DNA of 64,000 nucleotides from Saccharolobus solfataricus P2 (GCF_000007005.1 NC_002754.1), one strand, 5' to 3'; positions 41,334-52,937 are shown, counted from the stretch's first letter. A program made the numbers and translations. The notes: generated by a model not told the origin, from the sequence alone.

Positions 41334-42341
41334 ATGACTAAGAGAAGAATCGGTTTCTCAATCTTCCCAGGTTGGAAGGAGATAAAAGATGAGCAAATTA
41401 GTTTATTGAAAAATGCTAGAGATCTGGGATTTTCCGAAATATTCATGGGAATTGGTCCCGGAACCCATTGGAGGACTCCGGTAAATGAGGCGCTTAGTGT
41501 TGCCAAGGAGATCTTAAAAGAGGCTAACAAATTGGACTATTATGCCTTTGTGGATATAAACCCGCAAATTCTTAAAGAGTTGAACGCATCTCCTAGGAAT
41601 TTATCAATGTTTATGGAAATTGGCTTTAAGGGAGTTAGGGCTGACTACGGATTTAGTAAAGAGGAAATCGTTGAAATGAGTAAGCAAATGACTGTTGAGC
41701 TAAACCCATTTGAGATAAGCGAGGAAGAGGTAGACTTTATTGCCAGAAATGCAAATCTTGAAAGGATTAAGGCTTGCCACAACTATTACCCAGTCTTGTA
41801 TAGTGGGATATCTAAAGAGATCTTTATAGAGAAAAATAGGATATTTAAGGAAAGAGGTATAGAGATCGGTGCGTTTATCTCTAATCCAAAGTTTAATCTC
41901 AGAACCACATTAGAGGTTTTAAGGTATGTAGAACCATTCGATTCTGCCAATTACTTGTTCAAATTCGTCGACAGAGTTTTAATAGGAGACCCCATTCCAG
42001 ATTATGAAAGTTTAAGGCAAGTATCGGAAGTTTTCAAGTCTGATATTACGAAGATAAGAATTAAAGTATATGATGAAAGCGTGGGCAAAAGATTAGATAA
42101 AAAGTTTGCAGTGGAAAATTATAGGGAGTTCGCCATAGTATGTTATACTAGGGATAATATATATGAAGGTGAAACGTGTTATACTAAATTATTTAAAAAT
42201 GCGGTGGCAGTGAGGGGCAGAGAAGTATGGATATTCACTAGGGATTTGGGAATTGGTCCCTACAGGTTAGTAGGGGAAATAGATGATATTAATATGGAAA
42301 TTGTCAAAATGTCGAGTGAGATAATGTTAATTAGTAAATAA
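41334..42341 (+). CDS. DUF871 / MupG-like TIM-barrel protein
   Basis: [30 protein letters not shown]...SG, LIGD. Confidence 0.75.
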   Translation: MTKRRIGFSIFPGWKEIKDEQISLLKNARDLGFSEIFMGIGPGTHWRTPVNEALSVAKEILKEANKLDYYAFVDINPQILKELNASPRNLSMFMEIGFKGVRADYGFSKEEIVEMSKQMTVELNPFEISEEEVDFIARNANLERIKACHNYYPVLYSGISKEIFIEKNRIFKERGIEIGAFISNPKFNLRTTLEVLRYVEPFDSANYLFKFVDRVLIGDPIPDYESLRQVSEVFKSDITKIRIKVYDESVGKRLDKKFAVENYREFAIVCYTRDNIYEGETCYTKLFKNAVAVRGREVWIFTRDLGIGPYRLVGEIDDINMEIVKMSSEIMLISK

Positions 42342-42401
42342 TCAAGATTGAATCATTGTATGCAAAAGATTTTTTATATTACTCCTTCCTAAATATATCC
42401 G

Positions 42402-45122
42402 GTGTATAGTGTGTTAAGTATAAAAGACAAAAAAATAATTTCGCTCTTAATACTAGTTGCAACTGCTATCAGTCCCATTTTTGCCATAGCACAATCTGCC
42501 AGTTCCTCGCCTGCTTCTACAGCAATAACAATAATTTCATATAACGGTAATGACGCCAACGGTATATTGGCTTTTGAGCATGGGCAAATAGCCTTTTATG
42601 CTTACGCTGTACCTCCATCAGAATATACAAGTTTGCCTCCAGGGGCTAAAGCTTACTTACTACCGAATACTTATTATGACATTCTGGTAAATCCATTAAA
42701 TACTACTTTTGGTTTTAACCCATTCCAATTCCAAGAAGTTAGATTCGCACTGAACTATATAGTAAATAGAACCTATTTTGTAGATAGTATACTACACGGT
42801 TATGGTATACCAACTATATCTCTATATGCTGGAGAACCTGATGTGATTCATCTCCAACAAACACTATCTAAGTACGCTAATGTTCACTATAATTTCACTT
42901 ATGCAAATGAAACCATTTATAAAGTTCTAACTGCTCATGGTGCTAAATATATTAATGGACAATGGTATTATAATGGGAAACCCATAACAGTTTACGTATT
43001 TGTCAGAACTGATGCCACTGTAAGGAGAGAATATGCCCAATACTTTATAACTCAACTACAGAAGTTAGGTTTTACTGTCCAGCAAATTCAAGGGAATTTA
43101 CAAAAGGAAATTTCTGTAGTATACGGTAGCGATCCTGCAAATACTACGTGGAATATATTAATTGAAGCTTGGGGTGGGACTTATGGGTATTATGATTCTA
43201 GTTTAGCAGTAGGACTTTACAGTACTTTAGGGGCTTCTGATCCATTTTCTTCATATTACGGCTTAAGTATGGGTACGTATAACGATACTAGGTATGAATC
43301 CTCATTATTACTTAAAGAGGCTAATGAGCTTGACAATCTATCATTGATAATAGCCCAAAGTCAGTTCACTAGCGCCCAAGAATATTACCAAATATATAAT
43401 AAGATTGTAGAGTTAGGTATTAACATGTCAGTAAGAATAGGACTAGGAATGAGTCTAACTCCAATATACGCACTATCTAACATTAATGGTGTGTATCCAA
43501 GTTTTGCCCAAAGTACACTACTAAGCTTCCAGACATATTATTCTATAACGAATGGAAGCTATCCTAATGTTACAATAGGTGTTAGATACTTAAGTCAAGG
43601 TTCGGCTAATCCCGGTGCTGGTTTCACTGATTCCTATACAGATGAAATAGGAAACGCTTTATTCACTCCGTCCTCTTTAACAGTACCAGGTTCGGGATAC
43701 CCAGTACCTTTCATTTATACTTACAAGATAGTTAATATAACTCCACATGCTGTAGTATCAGTACCTTCAAATGCATTGTGGTGGAATCCAACTACGCAGC
43801 AAATAACTAAGGTATCTCCTAATACTACTGCGCAAATGGCTGTAATATATAACTTAGCCCCACTGTTCAATAACGATAAATGGGCTGATGGTCAAAATAT
43901 AACTCTTGCTGACATAATATATGAATATATTGTTGCATCCGAGATGTCCTTAAACTCTAGTAATCCAATTTATGACTCAACTGCATCATCAGTATATGCT
44001 CCAGCACTACAGACTATTAAAGGATTTAAGATAATTAACTCCAGTGCTATAGAAATATGGGGCAATGATTGGTTCTTCGATCCTACTGAGGCTGTAGTTA
44101 GCTTATTTGGATCTTTCAATCCACTAGGTTACGCGTTAGCTGGCGGAGGTTATTTCCCATGGCAAATGTATGTTGGTATGAAAGATGTTGTTGCACAAGG
44201 TAAAGCTGCGTGGTCTGAGGGAGCAGCTCAGTCCAAAGGAATTGATTGGCTGAATCTAGTTAGTCCAACTGATATTGGATATATAACTTCAGCGTTACAG
44301 AATGCCTCAGCTACTGGATATATACCTAAGAGTTTACAGATAGTAGAGAACTTAAGCGGTATAACTCTAGTAACTCCACAAGAAGCAAAAGCTGGATATG
44401 AAGCGGCAATTAACTTCATGAAGACCTATGGAAATGGATTAATAGGTGATGGTCCATATATCTTGGTAGCGTGGAATCCGAGTGCGTCTCCACCCTACGC
44501 AAAACTGATAAGGAATCCCTACTTCCATTTGGTTCCTCCATCTAATGCGTTAGCCTTACCGACTATGTATTCAGTTTCACTAAGCATCCCATCAACAGTT
44601 TCACCTGGTCAAACCTTAACTGGTACTGTAATGGGAACTCCTGCTGGAAGTACCACAGCAATACCTACTCCAAATGCCGTAGTTAATATAGAATTACTGT
44701 ATCCAAATGGCTCTATAATATCAGGATATCAATTAATGACCAATTCTAGTGGACAATTTACCTTCACTGTTCCATCTTCATTATCTCCTGGATCATACCT
44801 ACTATCGGTATCAGCGTACAGTAATACTTCAATATTAATAAATCCAGTAACATATACTCTTGTAGTATTACCATCCATAACAACTACTACGAGCACTACA
44901 ACAAGTACAACAACTACAACAAGTACTACTACGACTACATCAGTCAGTACGTCTTTATCCACAACTACGATTACTTCAGTTAGTACTGTAATCAGCACTG
45001 TAGTGAGTACTATAGTCAGTACAGTAGTATCTAGTGCCTCGAATATTGGCTATATTGCTGTAATAGTAGTCCTAATAATTATAATAATAGCTTTAGCGGT
45101 ATTATTATTCAGAAGGAGATAA
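42402..45122 (+). CDS. oppA: Family-5 ABC solute-binding protein, membrane-anchored with S/T linker
   Basis: Signal peptide, NPF....VRFALN..VNR, Thr/Ser linker 44880-45030, C-terminal TM plus RRR. Confidence 0.85.
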   Translation: MYSVLSIKDKKIISLLILVATAISPIFAIAQSASSSPASTAITIISYNGNDANGILAFEHGQIAFYAYAVPPSEYTSLPPGAKAYLLPNTYYDILVNPLNTTFGFNPFQFQEVRFALNYIVNRTYFVDSILHGYGIPTISLYAGEPDVIHLQQTLSKYANVHYNFTYANETIYKVLTAHGAKYINGQWYYNGKPITVYVFVRTDATVRREYAQYFITQLQKLGFTVQQIQGNLQKEISVVYGSDPANTTWNILIEAWGGTYGYYDSSLAVGLYSTLGASDPFSSYYGLSMGTYNDTRYESSLLLKEANELDNLSLIIAQSQFTSAQEYYQIYNKIVELGINMSVRIGLGMSLTPIYALSNINGVYPSFAQSTLLSFQTYYSITNGSYPNVTIGVRYLSQGSANPGAGFTDSYTDEIGNALFTPSSLTVPGSGYPVPFIYTYKIVNITPHAVVSVPSNALWWNPTTQQITKVSPNTTAQMAVIYNLAPLFNNDKWADGQNITLADIIYEYIVASEMSLNSSNPIYDSTASSVYAPALQTIKGFKIINSSAIEIWGNDWFFDPTEAVVSLFGSFNPLGYALAGGGYFPWQMYVGMKDVVAQGKAAWSEGAAQSKGIDWLNLVSPTDIGYITSALQNASATGYIPKSLQIVENLSGITLVTPQEAKAGYEAAINFMKTYGNGLIGDGPYILVAWNPSASPPYAKLIRNPYFHLVPPSNALALPTMYSVSLSIPSTVSPGQTLTGTVMGTPAGSTTAIPTPNAVVNIELLYPNGSIISGYQLMTNSSGQFTFTVPSSLSPGSYLLSVSAYSNTSILINPVTYTLVVLPSITTTTSTTTSTTTTTSTTTTTSVSTSLSTTTITSVSTVISTVVSTIVSTVVSSASNIGYIAVIVVLIIIIIALAVLLFRRR

Positions 45123-45139
45123 TAAAAGAGTGAGTAATA

Positions 45140-46186
45140 ATGGGTTTTACCACATATATGATAAAAAAGGTACTTATTTATTTTTCAGTTCTTCTAGCCA
45201 CTTTAACCATTCTTTATATTTTTACTTTTCCCATATTGCAGGAGGTTATAGCTAAGAGTATCAATTTTCAAGTTGCACAGTTCTCTCAAACTTTGTTTAA
45301 AAATGCCCATAATCTAAACTCTACTCAAATTCAGATTGCAGTAGAGAAGTATAGGGAATCTTTAATTGCGGCTTACGGGCTTAACCAACCAATTATCGAT
45401 AAATATTTTATCCAAATGTATAATTTGATGCGTTTCGATTTCGGTACAGCTTACTTTTTACAAGCTCCTTCTGGTTCTAGAGAGGTTAGTTCAATTATAG
45501 CTTATTATTTGCCCAACACTATTCTCTTATTTACTACTGCTACTATAGTATTCATAGTAGCTGGGACTATAATTGGCTTACTCTCTGCAAAATCTAAATT
45601 CTGGGAGAAGGTAATCGCAATAATAGCTGTAATACACTCTAGTATTCCCACTTGGTGGTTAGGTTTTGTCCTAATTGCTGCTTTAGCATATGCAGTTAAA
45701 GTTTTCCCACCTGGAGGAATGACCTCAGTTCCACCGCCAAAGAATCCATTTGATTATGGAATAAGTGTTTTATATCACATGGCGTTACCACTGATTACTA
45801 TCTTTATTGTAAACGTTGGAGGATTTGCGTATATTGTTAGAAGTTTAGTTACCTCAATTATGAAAGAAGATTTTGTAATTACAGCGAAAGCTAGAGGATT
45901 ACCAGCCTCTAGAATACTATATAGACATGTCTTACGCTCAGGCTCACCATCAATTGCCACACAAGCTATTTTAGCATTAGCTGGATCATTAGGAGGTAGT
46001 TTAACCACAGAGGTTGTTTTCGAATGGCCTGGGGTAGGTTTGTTAACTTATGTTGCCATAACCTTAAATGATTTACCAGTGATATTAGGGATAACCTACG
46101 TTTTGACAATTGTGTTGCTACTTGGATTGTTTTTAGGGGAATTAGTTTACGGATTATTAGATCCTAGGATAAAAGTTGGTGAGTAG
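45140..46186 (+). CDS. oppB: Opp/Dpp permease B
   Basis: DFVITAKARGL EAA loop, FEWPGVG, DPRI. Confidence 0.9.
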   Translation: MGFTTYMIKKVLIYFSVLLATLTILYIFTFPILQEVIAKSINFQVAQFSQTLFKNAHNLNSTQIQIAVEKYRESLIAAYGLNQPIIDKYFIQMYNLMRFDFGTAYFLQAPSGSREVSSIIAYYLPNTILLFTTATIVFIVAGTIIGLLSAKSKFWEKVIAIIAVIHSSIPTWWLGFVLIAALAYAVKVFPPGGMTSVPPPKNPFDYGISVLYHMALPLITIFIVNVGGFAYIVRSLVTSIMKEDFVITAKARGLPASRILYRHVLRSGSPSIATQAILALAGSLGGSLTTEVVFEWPGVGLLTYVAITLNDLPVILGITYVLTIVLLLGLFLGELVYGLLDPRIKVGE

Positions 46187-46188
46187 GA

Positions 46189-47541
46189 TTGAGTAAAAGA
46201 AATGTAGGCTTTTCCTCTTATATTAGAGATTTTTTGTCGAGTAAAATTGGATTAGTAGGCCTTATAATTCTAATTATTTTACTTATATTTACTGGAATAG
46301 CCTTATCTATCCCTGCAAAAGTTTACGTTTCGTGGAATAATCCAGCAGCCTGGAATCAATATCCGGAACACGTACCTCCAGCTTGGTTATCCATCTTTTA
46401 CCCGGGAAAGTATTTCACAACAGAAGAGCTATCACCAATAAATATGTCTTTGTATTCTCCTGCTAAAAATATATTCGTAGCGATAATCACATATCAATTT
46501 AATTGGTCTAAGGTCTTACCGGCATACAACGTATATTTCATAACTTCGAGTAATGTTACCCCTATAGAAGAAGTAATATATTGGAGTAAACCGGATGGTT
46601 ATACCTTACAGGTAAATGTTCCAGCTGGTGTATTTAATGTGCCATTTGATCTTACAAGTATTAGAGGTGATATTTTAAGTTATATATCTTCAATTACGGG
46701 AAAAACACCAAATATAGTTAACAGCACCGTATTGTCATCAGCTTTATTTAACTCTCCAAAATCTAATTTTACGGTAATTGAGCAGGGGAAGTATGTAGTT
46801 AAGATAGAAATAGTATCCTCATTACCCATGAATATTACAAAGTCAAGGTTAATTCTATTAGGGAATTCCTATGGCTTGATGGGAACTGACTATTTCGGGA
46901 GGCCATTGGATTTAGGAATTCTTTTAGGATTACCGAATGCGCTAGAAATAGGTGTATTAACTTCATTAGTAGCTGTACTTGTGGGAGTTTTTGTTGGAGG
47001 CATCTCTGGTTATCTAGGTGGAAATAAGGATTCTATAATACAATGGGTTACCTTAGTATTCCTTGCATTACCAGCTCTCCCCTTTTTAGTTGCAGTATCG
47101 TTTGTTGCAGAACCTAACATAGTTATAGAGGCTCTATTAATAGCTTTCTTATCCTGGCCATTTTATGCCATAATAGCTAGATCAATGGCCTTATCAATAA
47201 AGTCAAATAGTTATGTTGAAGCTGATAAACTACTTGGAATACCATCATATAGAGTATTCTTTACACACTTCATGCCTAGGTTAATACCAATAACAGTTGC
47301 TTACATGGTATTAGGTGTTCCTGCAGGGATTCTTTTAGCCCAAACGTTAGCCTTTTTAGGAATAGCTCCAGCCAATATAGTAACTTGGGGAGGGATTTTA
47401 GATGCTGCAGAAACTTATCAAGCTCAAGTTAATGGATGGTGGTGGTGGGTTGTGTTCCCTGGAGCAATGGTCGTTATTGTAGCAATACCTTTCGTGCTAA
47501 TAGGTTTCGCAATAGAAAGAGTTACATTAGGTGAGAGATAG
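46189..47541 (+). CDS. oppC: Opp/Dpp permease C with large extracytoplasmic domain
   Basis: MGTDYFGR, YVEADKLLG, WWWVVFPG. Confidence 0.9.
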   Translation: MSKRNVGFSSYIRDFLSSKIGLVGLIILIILLIFTGIALSIPAKVYVSWNNPAAWNQYPEHVPPAWLSIFYPGKYFTTEELSPINMSLYSPAKNIFVAIITYQFNWSKVLPAYNVYFITSSNVTPIEEVIYWSKPDGYTLQVNVPAGVFNVPFDLTSIRGDILSYISSITGKTPNIVNSTVLSSALFNSPKSNFTVIEQGKYVVKIEIVSSLPMNITKSRLILLGNSYGLMGTDYFGRPLDLGILLGLPNALEIGVLTSLVAVLVGVFVGGISGYLGGNKDSIIQWVTLVFLALPALPFLVAVSFVAEPNIVIEALLIAFLSWPFYAIIARSMALSIKSNSYVEADKLLGIPSYRVFFTHFMPRLIPITVAYMVLGVPAGILLAQTLAFLGIAPANIVTWGGILDAAETYQAQVNGWWWWVVFPGAMVVIVAIPFVLIGFAIERVTLGER

Positions 47542-48481
47542 GATGTTATTAGAGGTAAGAAACTTAAAGGTTTACTTCTACACAAAGAGAGGTATTGTTA
47601 AGGCTGTTGACGGAGTTAACTTATATTTAGATAAGGGAGAAATAGTTGGGCTCGCTGGTGAGAGTGGATCTGGAAAGAGTACGATAGGTTATGCCATAAT
47701 GAGGCTTGTACCTTTTCCTGGAAAGATTGAAAGTGGGGAAATATTATTTAAAGGTGAGAATATACTAAAACTAGATGAAGAAGCATTTAGGAAAAATTAT
47801 AGATGGAAGAAGATAGCAATGGTTTTCCAAGGCTCAATGTCTGGATTCACTCCAGTGTTTAAAATAAAGGATCAGATAATCGAGGTTTTACGTATTCATG
47901 GTTGGAACGGAGATTATGAGGAGAGAATAAAGGAGTTGTTCAAAATGGTTAACATGGATCCACAATTAGCTGAAAAGTATCCTCATGAGCTTTCTGGAGG
48001 TCAAAAGCAAAGGGCTTTTATTGCAATGGCCCTAGCCTTAAATCCTGAGGTTCTGATAGCAGATGAACCCACAACAGCCCTAGATGTGATGGTCCAAGAA
48101 CATATTCTTAACCTATTGAAGAAGTTAAGGAAAGAGTTAAACTTGTCTATAATTTTCATAACACATGATTTGGCCTTACTTTCCGAGATTTCAGATAGGG
48201 ATTATACGCTATATGCAGGTAAAGTTATGGAAAGTGGGCCATCAGAAGTTATATTCAAAAAACCTAGACATCCCTATACTTCACTACTTATCGAATCCAT
48301 TGCCACATTGGACAAAGATATAATAAAGGGAATACCGGGAGCTATGCCAGACCTCTCAAGTCCACCGTTAGGTTGTAGATTTAATACTCGATGTCCCTTT
48401 GCTAGAGACATTTGTTTTAAGGAAGAACCTAAAATGAAAACGTTCTCAGATGGTGATGAGGTTGCCTGTTGGCTCTACTAG
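47531..48481 (+). CDS. oppD: Opp/Dpp ATPase D
   Basis: GESGSGKS, LSGGQKQR, DEPTTALD, GCRF..RCP. Confidence 0.93.
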   Translation: MRDRMLLEVRNLKVYFYTKRGIVKAVDGVNLYLDKGEIVGLAGESGSGKSTIGYAIMRLVPFPGKIESGEILFKGENILKLDEEAFRKNYRWKKIAMVFQGSMSGFTPVFKIKDQIIEVLRIHGWNGDYEERIKELFKMVNMDPQLAEKYPHELSGGQKQRAFIAMALALNPEVLIADEPTTALDVMVQEHILNLLKKLRKELNLSIIFITHDLALLSEISDRDYTLYAGKVMESGPSEVIFKKPRHPYTSLLIESIATLDKDIIKGIPGAMPDLSSPPLGCRFNTRCPFARDICFKEEPKMKTFSDGDEVACWLY

Positions 48482-49427
48482 TAATTATGTAGTTAAAGTA
48501 GAAAACTTAAAAGTATATTTCACTAAGGGTGGAATGTTTACTAAGAAGTATGTAGTTAAAGCGCTAGATGGTGTGACGTTAAGTATAAAAGAAAGGGAAA
48601 TTATGGGAGTCGTAGGTGAAAGCGGATCTGGTAAAACCACATTAGGTAGAGTAACAATAGGTCTCCAAAAACCAACTTCTGGTAATGTTTATATTAAAGC
48701 TGATAATAAGGAGATTAATGTAAATAAGGCAAAATTAAAAGATATTAGCAACTACGTTCAGATGATATATCAAGATCCATATTCCTCCATAGATCCCATA
48801 ATGAGAGTATATGACGTTTTAGCAACTCCATTGAAATACAAAAAGATGAGTGATATAGATAAGAAGATTGAGGAGGCAATGAGGTTAGTTGATCTTCCAC
48901 TGGAACTGTTGGAAAATAGGGTATATCAATTATCTGGTGGGCAGAGACAGAGATTAAGTATAGCTAGGGCAATAGTTGTCAACCCAAAATATATTGTAGC
49001 AGATGAACCTACTACAATGTTAGACGCTTCATTAAAAGGAGAGATCTTGAAGATAATAAAAGACGCTAGAGAAAGTAAAGGTTTTTCCTTTATGTATATA
49101 ACGCATGAGCTACCAATAGCAAAAATAATATCCGATAGGATTATAGTATTATATTTAGGAAAGATAGTAGAATTAGGGAACTCAAATGAGATTATTAAAA
49201 ACCCATTACATCCATATACTCAGGGACTAATTGAGGTTTATCCTAGAATAGATCCCTCACTTAGAGATAAGATCAAGGAGATAAAGATCAAGGTTGATAT
49301 AGTGAGACCAGATAAGGGGTGTGTGTTTTATCCCAGATGTCCATTTGCAATGCCTAAGTGTAAGGAACAAGAACCAGAGCTGAAGGAAGTTTCTCAAAAT
49401 CACTACGTAGCGTGCTGGCTTTATTGA
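48450..49427 (+). CDS. oppF: Opp/Dpp ATPase F
   Basis: GESGSGKT, LSGGQRQR, HPYTQ, GCVFYPRCP. Confidence 0.93.
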   Translation: MVMRLPVGSTSNYVVKVENLKVYFTKGGMFTKKYVVKALDGVTLSIKEREIMGVVGESGSGKTTLGRVTIGLQKPTSGNVYIKADNKEINVNKAKLKDISNYVQMIYQDPYSSIDPIMRVYDVLATPLKYKKMSDIDKKIEEAMRLVDLPLELLENRVYQLSGGQRQRLSIARAIVVNPKYIVADEPTTMLDASLKGEILKIIKDARESKGFSFMYITHELPIAKIISDRIIVLYLGKIVELGNSNEIIKNPLHPYTQGLIEVYPRIDPSLRDKIKEIKIKVDIVRPDKGCVFYPRCPFAMPKCKEQEPELKEVSQNHYVACWLY

Positions 49428-49442
49428 TAGAGGCTTGGTTAC

Positions 49443-49622
49443 ATGAGATCACTCTTCAAAGTAATAGTTGGTCTTGCAATGTTAGGTGGGGCGATTGGAT
49501 TAGATTATGTTGGAGCCTCGTTTCAAAGCTTATCTATCTTAATAATCTCCATGATTCTTGCCATTGCTGGGGCAATGGTGGGTATAAGAGGACTAATGGA
49601 GTTTTTAGGAGAGAGATTTTAG
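49443..49622 (+). CDS. Small two-TM membrane protein (59 aa), absent from the ORF track
   Basis: MRSLFKVIVGLAMLGGAIGLDYVGASFQSLSILIISMILAIAGAMVGIRGLMEFLGERF; GAGG SD; 15 bp after oppF; T-rich tract follows. Confidence 0.75.
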   Translation: MRSLFKVIVGLAMLGGAIGLDYVGASFQSLSILIISMILAIAGAMVGIRGLMEFLGERF

Positions 49623-49804
49623 GTGCTTATTTGATTCCTTAAATTTTTTCCCACTAAACTACTATTAACTTGCTTTCAAGCAATAATTAGCTCCACAATT
49701 TCTGTCCTCACAACTCTTAACTCTTTATGAAAATTCAGCAAGTTCACAAAGTAGATTTTAGATAAAAACTACATATAGATCTTCTTTCACCACTTTAATT
49801 TTCA

Positions 49805-50530
49805 TTATTTTGATGATTTCCTAAATCTGTACACTGCAATACTACTTGCTACTATTATAATAATAGCAATTACTACACTTGGTATAATTACGCCAGAATA
49901 ATCGGTCCCACCTTCCATTCGAGATATGTTAGTATATAGGTAAATTTGTCCCGAATTGGTGTAATTACTCTGCATTTGACTAATTAAACCATTAACGTAA
50001 ATTATTCTTTGGCTTACGTAATAAGTAGGTATCGTTGTAATATTTAAGTCTGAGAAGTTAACAACCAATTTTCCGCTATTCTGCTTAATGATACTAATGT
50101 TCGTTATTATTTGACTTTCAATTTTATTATTACTCATATTTACAATTTTTTCATTAAATGAGTAAGTTCCATTAGTTGAATAAGGCATATAAAATGGAGC
50201 TAATAATCCTATGTTGCTAGACGCGTTAGATATGTAGTACGTAATCCATATTTCCTTCCCACTCATGTTTATAATGTAATAATATTCTCCATTATAACTG
50301 AGCTGGATTCCTAAAGTCTTGTTGTAAGAATTACCGATCTCCCTAATAGTAACGTTATAACCACCGTCAGGCAAATGATTAACTGATACTCCTACGTTCA
50401 TATTTATTGCAAGAGAGCTTAATACTCCATGATATCCTATTAATTGTGTGCCATAAAAAGTCAGAGATAGAAATAAAGGAAAAAAGAAAAATAATGATAA
50501 AAACAAGTTAATATAGGTGGCATGCAACAT
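49805..50530 (-). CDS. Hypothetical membrane-anchored glycoprotein
   Basis: N-terminal hydrophobic segment, many sequons, C-terminal TM plus basic tail. Confidence 0.7.
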   Translation of the reverse strand: MLHATYINLFLSLFFFFPLFLSLTFYGTQLIGYHGVLSSLAINMNVGVSVNHLPDGGYNVTIREIGNSYNKTLGIQLSYNGEYYYIINMSGKEIWITYYISNASSNIGLLAPFYMPYSTNGTYSFNEKIVNMSNNKIESQIITNISIIKQNSGKLVVNFSDLNITTIPTYYVSQRIIYVNGLISQMQSNYTNSGQIYLYTNISRMEGGTDYSGVIIPSVVIAIIIIVASSIAVYRFRKSSK

Positions 50531-50802
50531 AATGATCTCCTTTAATCCTCTTTATCTCTGGGGGTTTTTCCTTACAAATATCTTTTGCAAATGGACATCT
50601 ACTATAGAATACACATCCCTTTGGTAACTCTAGTGGGCTTTGAATCTCACCTTTGATATTGGGTTCCTTTATACCAATATCTGGATCTGGAACAGGCACT
50701 GCTTGCAGTAGTGCTTGAGTGTAAGGATGTAAAGGCTCGCTTATTACTTCTTCCGGAGTTCCGATTTCCACTACCTTACCTAAATACATTACTCCTATTC
50801 TA

Positions 50803-52241
50803 CAGTGGTGTTTCACCAATTTTACTCAAAATGATACAATTTCTATGGAAGAGAAAAATATCAGAGCGGAGTTAGAAAAATCGGCTTATTTCAACACAAG
50901 AAGCAAAAAATTTTCATATTTGTTGAAGAAACTAACAGAAAACGAGTTTATATATAAAGAGTAATACCATTTGTCTAGTATTATCAATAGAGGAAAGTAG
51001 GTGGAAGGACGAGATGAACAAGAAAAGGTTAAAGCGAGGGACTCCATAACTCCGTTATGCAAACCATGATATTACCCAAAACGGAGCTGAAGTCCCTCGC
51101 TATAACTTTAGCAACAAACAATATTAACGTTATCTCTCAAGATCTAGACCCGGAAATAGTGAAAGCAGCACCATCCTTGCTAACCGGAAACAGAGGAAAA
51201 TACTACTTGAAGGTAGTAAGACGAGGCGAGAAAGTAATTAGTAAAGGTCAGAGAACCTTCAAGTTCTACCCAATCTACAGAGAAGTAAAGGGAGAGATCA
51301 ACGTAGTCGCTGTAGATGAGACCGGATTAACCGTGGGAGAAAAGGAACAAGAAAAAGCAGAGGGCTTTCTACTCTACAACTGGAAGAGAAAAGGAGTAAA
51401 GATGAGATCCTTGGACCTCGTATATCCCTTAAGGTTACCCCTCCTAGTGGAGGTAGCAGATTTGAGAAGCGACAGTCCATCACAGTTCCTACTCAGGAGC
51501 GTGAGGGAAGTAAGCCAATACATGGAAATAGATTACGTTGTAGCTGACGCCGGATTCTTGAACCTAGGGGTCATCAAGGAAATGCCCGTGAAGACCATTG
51601 TGAGAGGAAAGTCGAACTTGAAGGGATTCAAGGAACTATCTAACGTTCCATTAGTTGAGAAGAGATATGAGGTTAAGGACAAGGTTTACGTTGCGTATAG
51701 GGTCTTGGAATTTGAAGGGCTTTATTATTACGATGTGGTTTACGTTAAGGGGAAGCCGAGGCACTTCATGTTCGTAACGAACTTCGAGGGAGATCCCTAT
51801 GAACTGGCTGAACTCTATAGGTTGAGGTGGCAAGTTGAGGAGGGTTTTAAGGTTAGGAAGGCAAGGATAAGGTATGTTAGGAAGTTGAGTAATAAGATCT
51901 TCTTGTTCCTCTATTACACGGTTCTGGATTCTGCGTGGAATCTAGTGAATCATCTTCTCTTTAACTTCAAGTCCACGTGTAAGAAGGTTTTGTCCTTCGA
52001 TTCATTCGTCAAGCTTCTCTAACTTTCTCGGTGTTCAGAGGAGACTATGCACGTCGTTTTCACCACGTGAGAAAAATTCAGAATTCTCCTCTTATTATTA
52101 GAATTGTACGCTATATTTTTTGCAAATTATTTTAACATGTTATGTTTCATAATAATTTTATTGTTTTTCTCTATATCAATCTCTTTTTGAAAGGACTAAT
52201 ATTATATCTTTCAAATGAAATAATTTGGTGAAACACCACTG
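50803..52241 (+). mobile_element. ISC1439 (ISH3 family), 1439 bp, 9-bp TSD CCTATTCTA
   Basis: TIR CAGTGGTGTTTCACCAA; TSD at 50794-50802 and 52242-52250. Confidence 0.92.
51057..52022 (+). CDS. ISC1439 transposase
   Basis: AVDETG, VADAGF, YRLRWQVEEGFK. Confidence 0.9.
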   Translation: MQTMILPKTELKSLAITLATNNINVISQDLDPEIVKAAPSLLTGNRGKYYLKVVRRGEKVISKGQRTFKFYPIYREVKGEINVVAVDETGLTVGEKEQEKAEGFLLYNWKRKGVKMRSLDLVYPLRLPLLVEVADLRSDSPSQFLLRSVREVSQYMEIDYVVADAGFLNLGVIKEMPVKTIVRGKSNLKGFKELSNVPLVEKRYEVKDKVYVAYRVLEFEGLYYYDVVYVKGKPRHFMFVTNFEGDPYELAELYRLRWQVEEGFKVRKARIRYVRKLSNKIFLFLYYTVLDSAWNLVNHLLFNFKSTCKKVLSFDSFVKLL

Positions 52242-52937
52242 CCTATTCTATCTGAAACGTAACTAGCTATTGAGATATCATGTGTTATAAACAAATACGC
52301 CGTTCCCCTTTGATCCCTATCGTTTAATATAAATTCCAAAATCTGACCCCTGGTTGATGCATCTAACATTGAAATTGGTTCATCAGCAACAATAAACTTG
52401 GGCCTTAATAATAAAGCCCTAGCTACTACAACTCTTTGTCTCTGTCCTCCAGATAACTCCATTGGCTTCTTATTTGCAAAATTCTCAGGGGGGGTTAACT
52501 TCACTATTGATAGTATTTTATATATTTGCTCAACTTCCTCACTTTTATTCGATATGAGTTTGTGTAATCTTAGCCCCTCAGCCAAAATTTCATATACGCT
52601 CATTCTAGGATCTAAAGCACCATACGGATCTTGTTGAATTATCTGAAAATCTTTTCTTAGCCTCCTTAAAGTGTTATCATTTAATTTTGTTATATCCACT
52701 AACTTACCACCATCAACTTTCCAGTATATACTTCCAGAGTAAGTCTCGATAAGTCTCAAAATTCCCTTTCCTAACGTGGTCTTCCCAGAGCCTGATTCGC
52801 CTATTAAACCAAATATTTCTCCTTTCTTAATCTCGAGAGAAACGTCGTTAACTGCATGTACGTAAAGTTTCCTAAATAATCCAACTCTACCCATGGGATA
52901 CTTTATCCAAACATTTTGAACTTTTACGATAATCTCA

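Noticed and set aside
44870-45030. Low-complexity ACT/ACA/AGT repeats (also about 62095-62170)
   Set aside because: Ordinary Ser/Thr linkers of Sulfolobales binding proteins
49412-49642. 76-aa track ORF after oppF
   Set aside because: A different frame (49443-49622) gives a convincing membrane protein with an SD
52133-52140. AACATGTT outside the aromatic cluster
   Set aside because: Inside the ISC1439 3' region and not at the 46-49 bp promoter spacing; chance occurrence
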